A DNA stretch of 59,163 bases from Bacillota bacterium (GTDB lineage: Bacteria > Bacillota > UBA4882 > UBA8346): the NCBI GenBank assembly GCA_023415375.1, contig JAEZKW010000104.1, forward strand, positions 1 through 59,163, given 5' to 3'. Positions within the stretch are counted from its first letter, which is position 1; every line of letters starts with the position of its first letter. Below are positions 58,913 through 59,163 of this stretch, piece by piece. The notes under the pieces were generated by a model. That model made no database searches. It was given only the letters and a program-made list of their open reading frames with translations, and was not told the origin of the DNA. The translations under genes were made by a program, and so were the position numbers.

Positions 58913-59163
58913 TCAAAGTTCAAATAGATCTTTAATATCCTCCCAGGTCAGGGAGTTTATAGGACTTTGGTTATGTTCAATGATTGCATCAAATACAGAT
59001 TTTTTTCGTTGCTGTAATTGTAAAATCTTTTCTTCTACGGTTCCCATGGTGATCAATTTATAAACCATCACTTGATTTCGTTGGCCCATACGATGTACTC
59101 TATCCGTAGCTTGATTTTCCGCCATCGGGTTCCACCAGGGATCAACGTGAATTACGATATCGG
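58913..59163 (-). CDS. SNF2/RapA-family helicase, C-terminal end (rest lies beyond the window)
   Basis: DIVIHVDPWWNPMAENQATDRVHRMGQ..V.VYKLI..GTVEEKI is helicase motif VI of SNF2 ATPases. The frame is open to the window edge. Confidence 0.8.
   Translation of the reverse strand, partial: DIVIHVDPWWNPMAENQATDRVHRMGQRNQVMVYKLITMGTVEEKILQLQQRKKSVFDAIIEHNQSPINSLTWEDIKDLFEL

Overview
This is a 59.2-kb bacterial chromosomal window, read by eye from the sequence and ORF track with no database searches. The host backbone is AT-rich, has strong Shine-Dalgarno sites and encodes CCA on its tRNAs. It also carries an outer-membrane-type beta-barrel gene, so the organism is probably a diderm anaerobe; I cannot assign a taxon.

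Layout:
1. 1-8.3 kb, housekeeping and envelope genes: a GIY-YIG fragment, a PHP-domain membrane protein, an MsbA-like ABC exporter with an unusual extracytoplasmic insert, a coiled-coil M23 peptidase, a LysR regulator, purA, tRNA-Lys(UUU) and tRNA-Glu(UUC).
2. 8.3-29.1 kb, a visibly GC-richer ~20.9-kb genomic island integrated into tRNA-Glu. It is bounded by a 51-nt direct repeat of the tRNA 3' part. It carries a decayed integrase, IS debris and a complete beta-glucan utilisation locus: three GH16 enzymes, two CBM-only proteins, a GH116-like enzyme, two GH94-clan phosphorylases, a YesMN-type two-component system and a CUT1 ABC importer.
3. 29.6-44.3 kb, a same-strand locus. A divergent glycyl-radical enzyme and its activase are joined to an AraR-type regulator, an SHPK-like sugar kinase, a ROK regulator, a uronate-isomerase-like protein, mglBAC and a chemoreceptor. 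This is my best candidate for an undescribed system, a radical carbohydrate/polyol pathway.
4. 44.4-54.4 kb: DegV and a complete moxR-DUF58-DUF4381-batABCDE operon. The operon is interrupted by a tandemly duplicated ~120-nt palindromic element.
5. 54.4-59.2 kb: small orphan genes, an alpha/beta hydrolase, a PrcB-like protein, an OMP beta-barrel and the 3' end of an SNF2 helicase.

I found no rRNA, no CRISPR array and no intact transposase.
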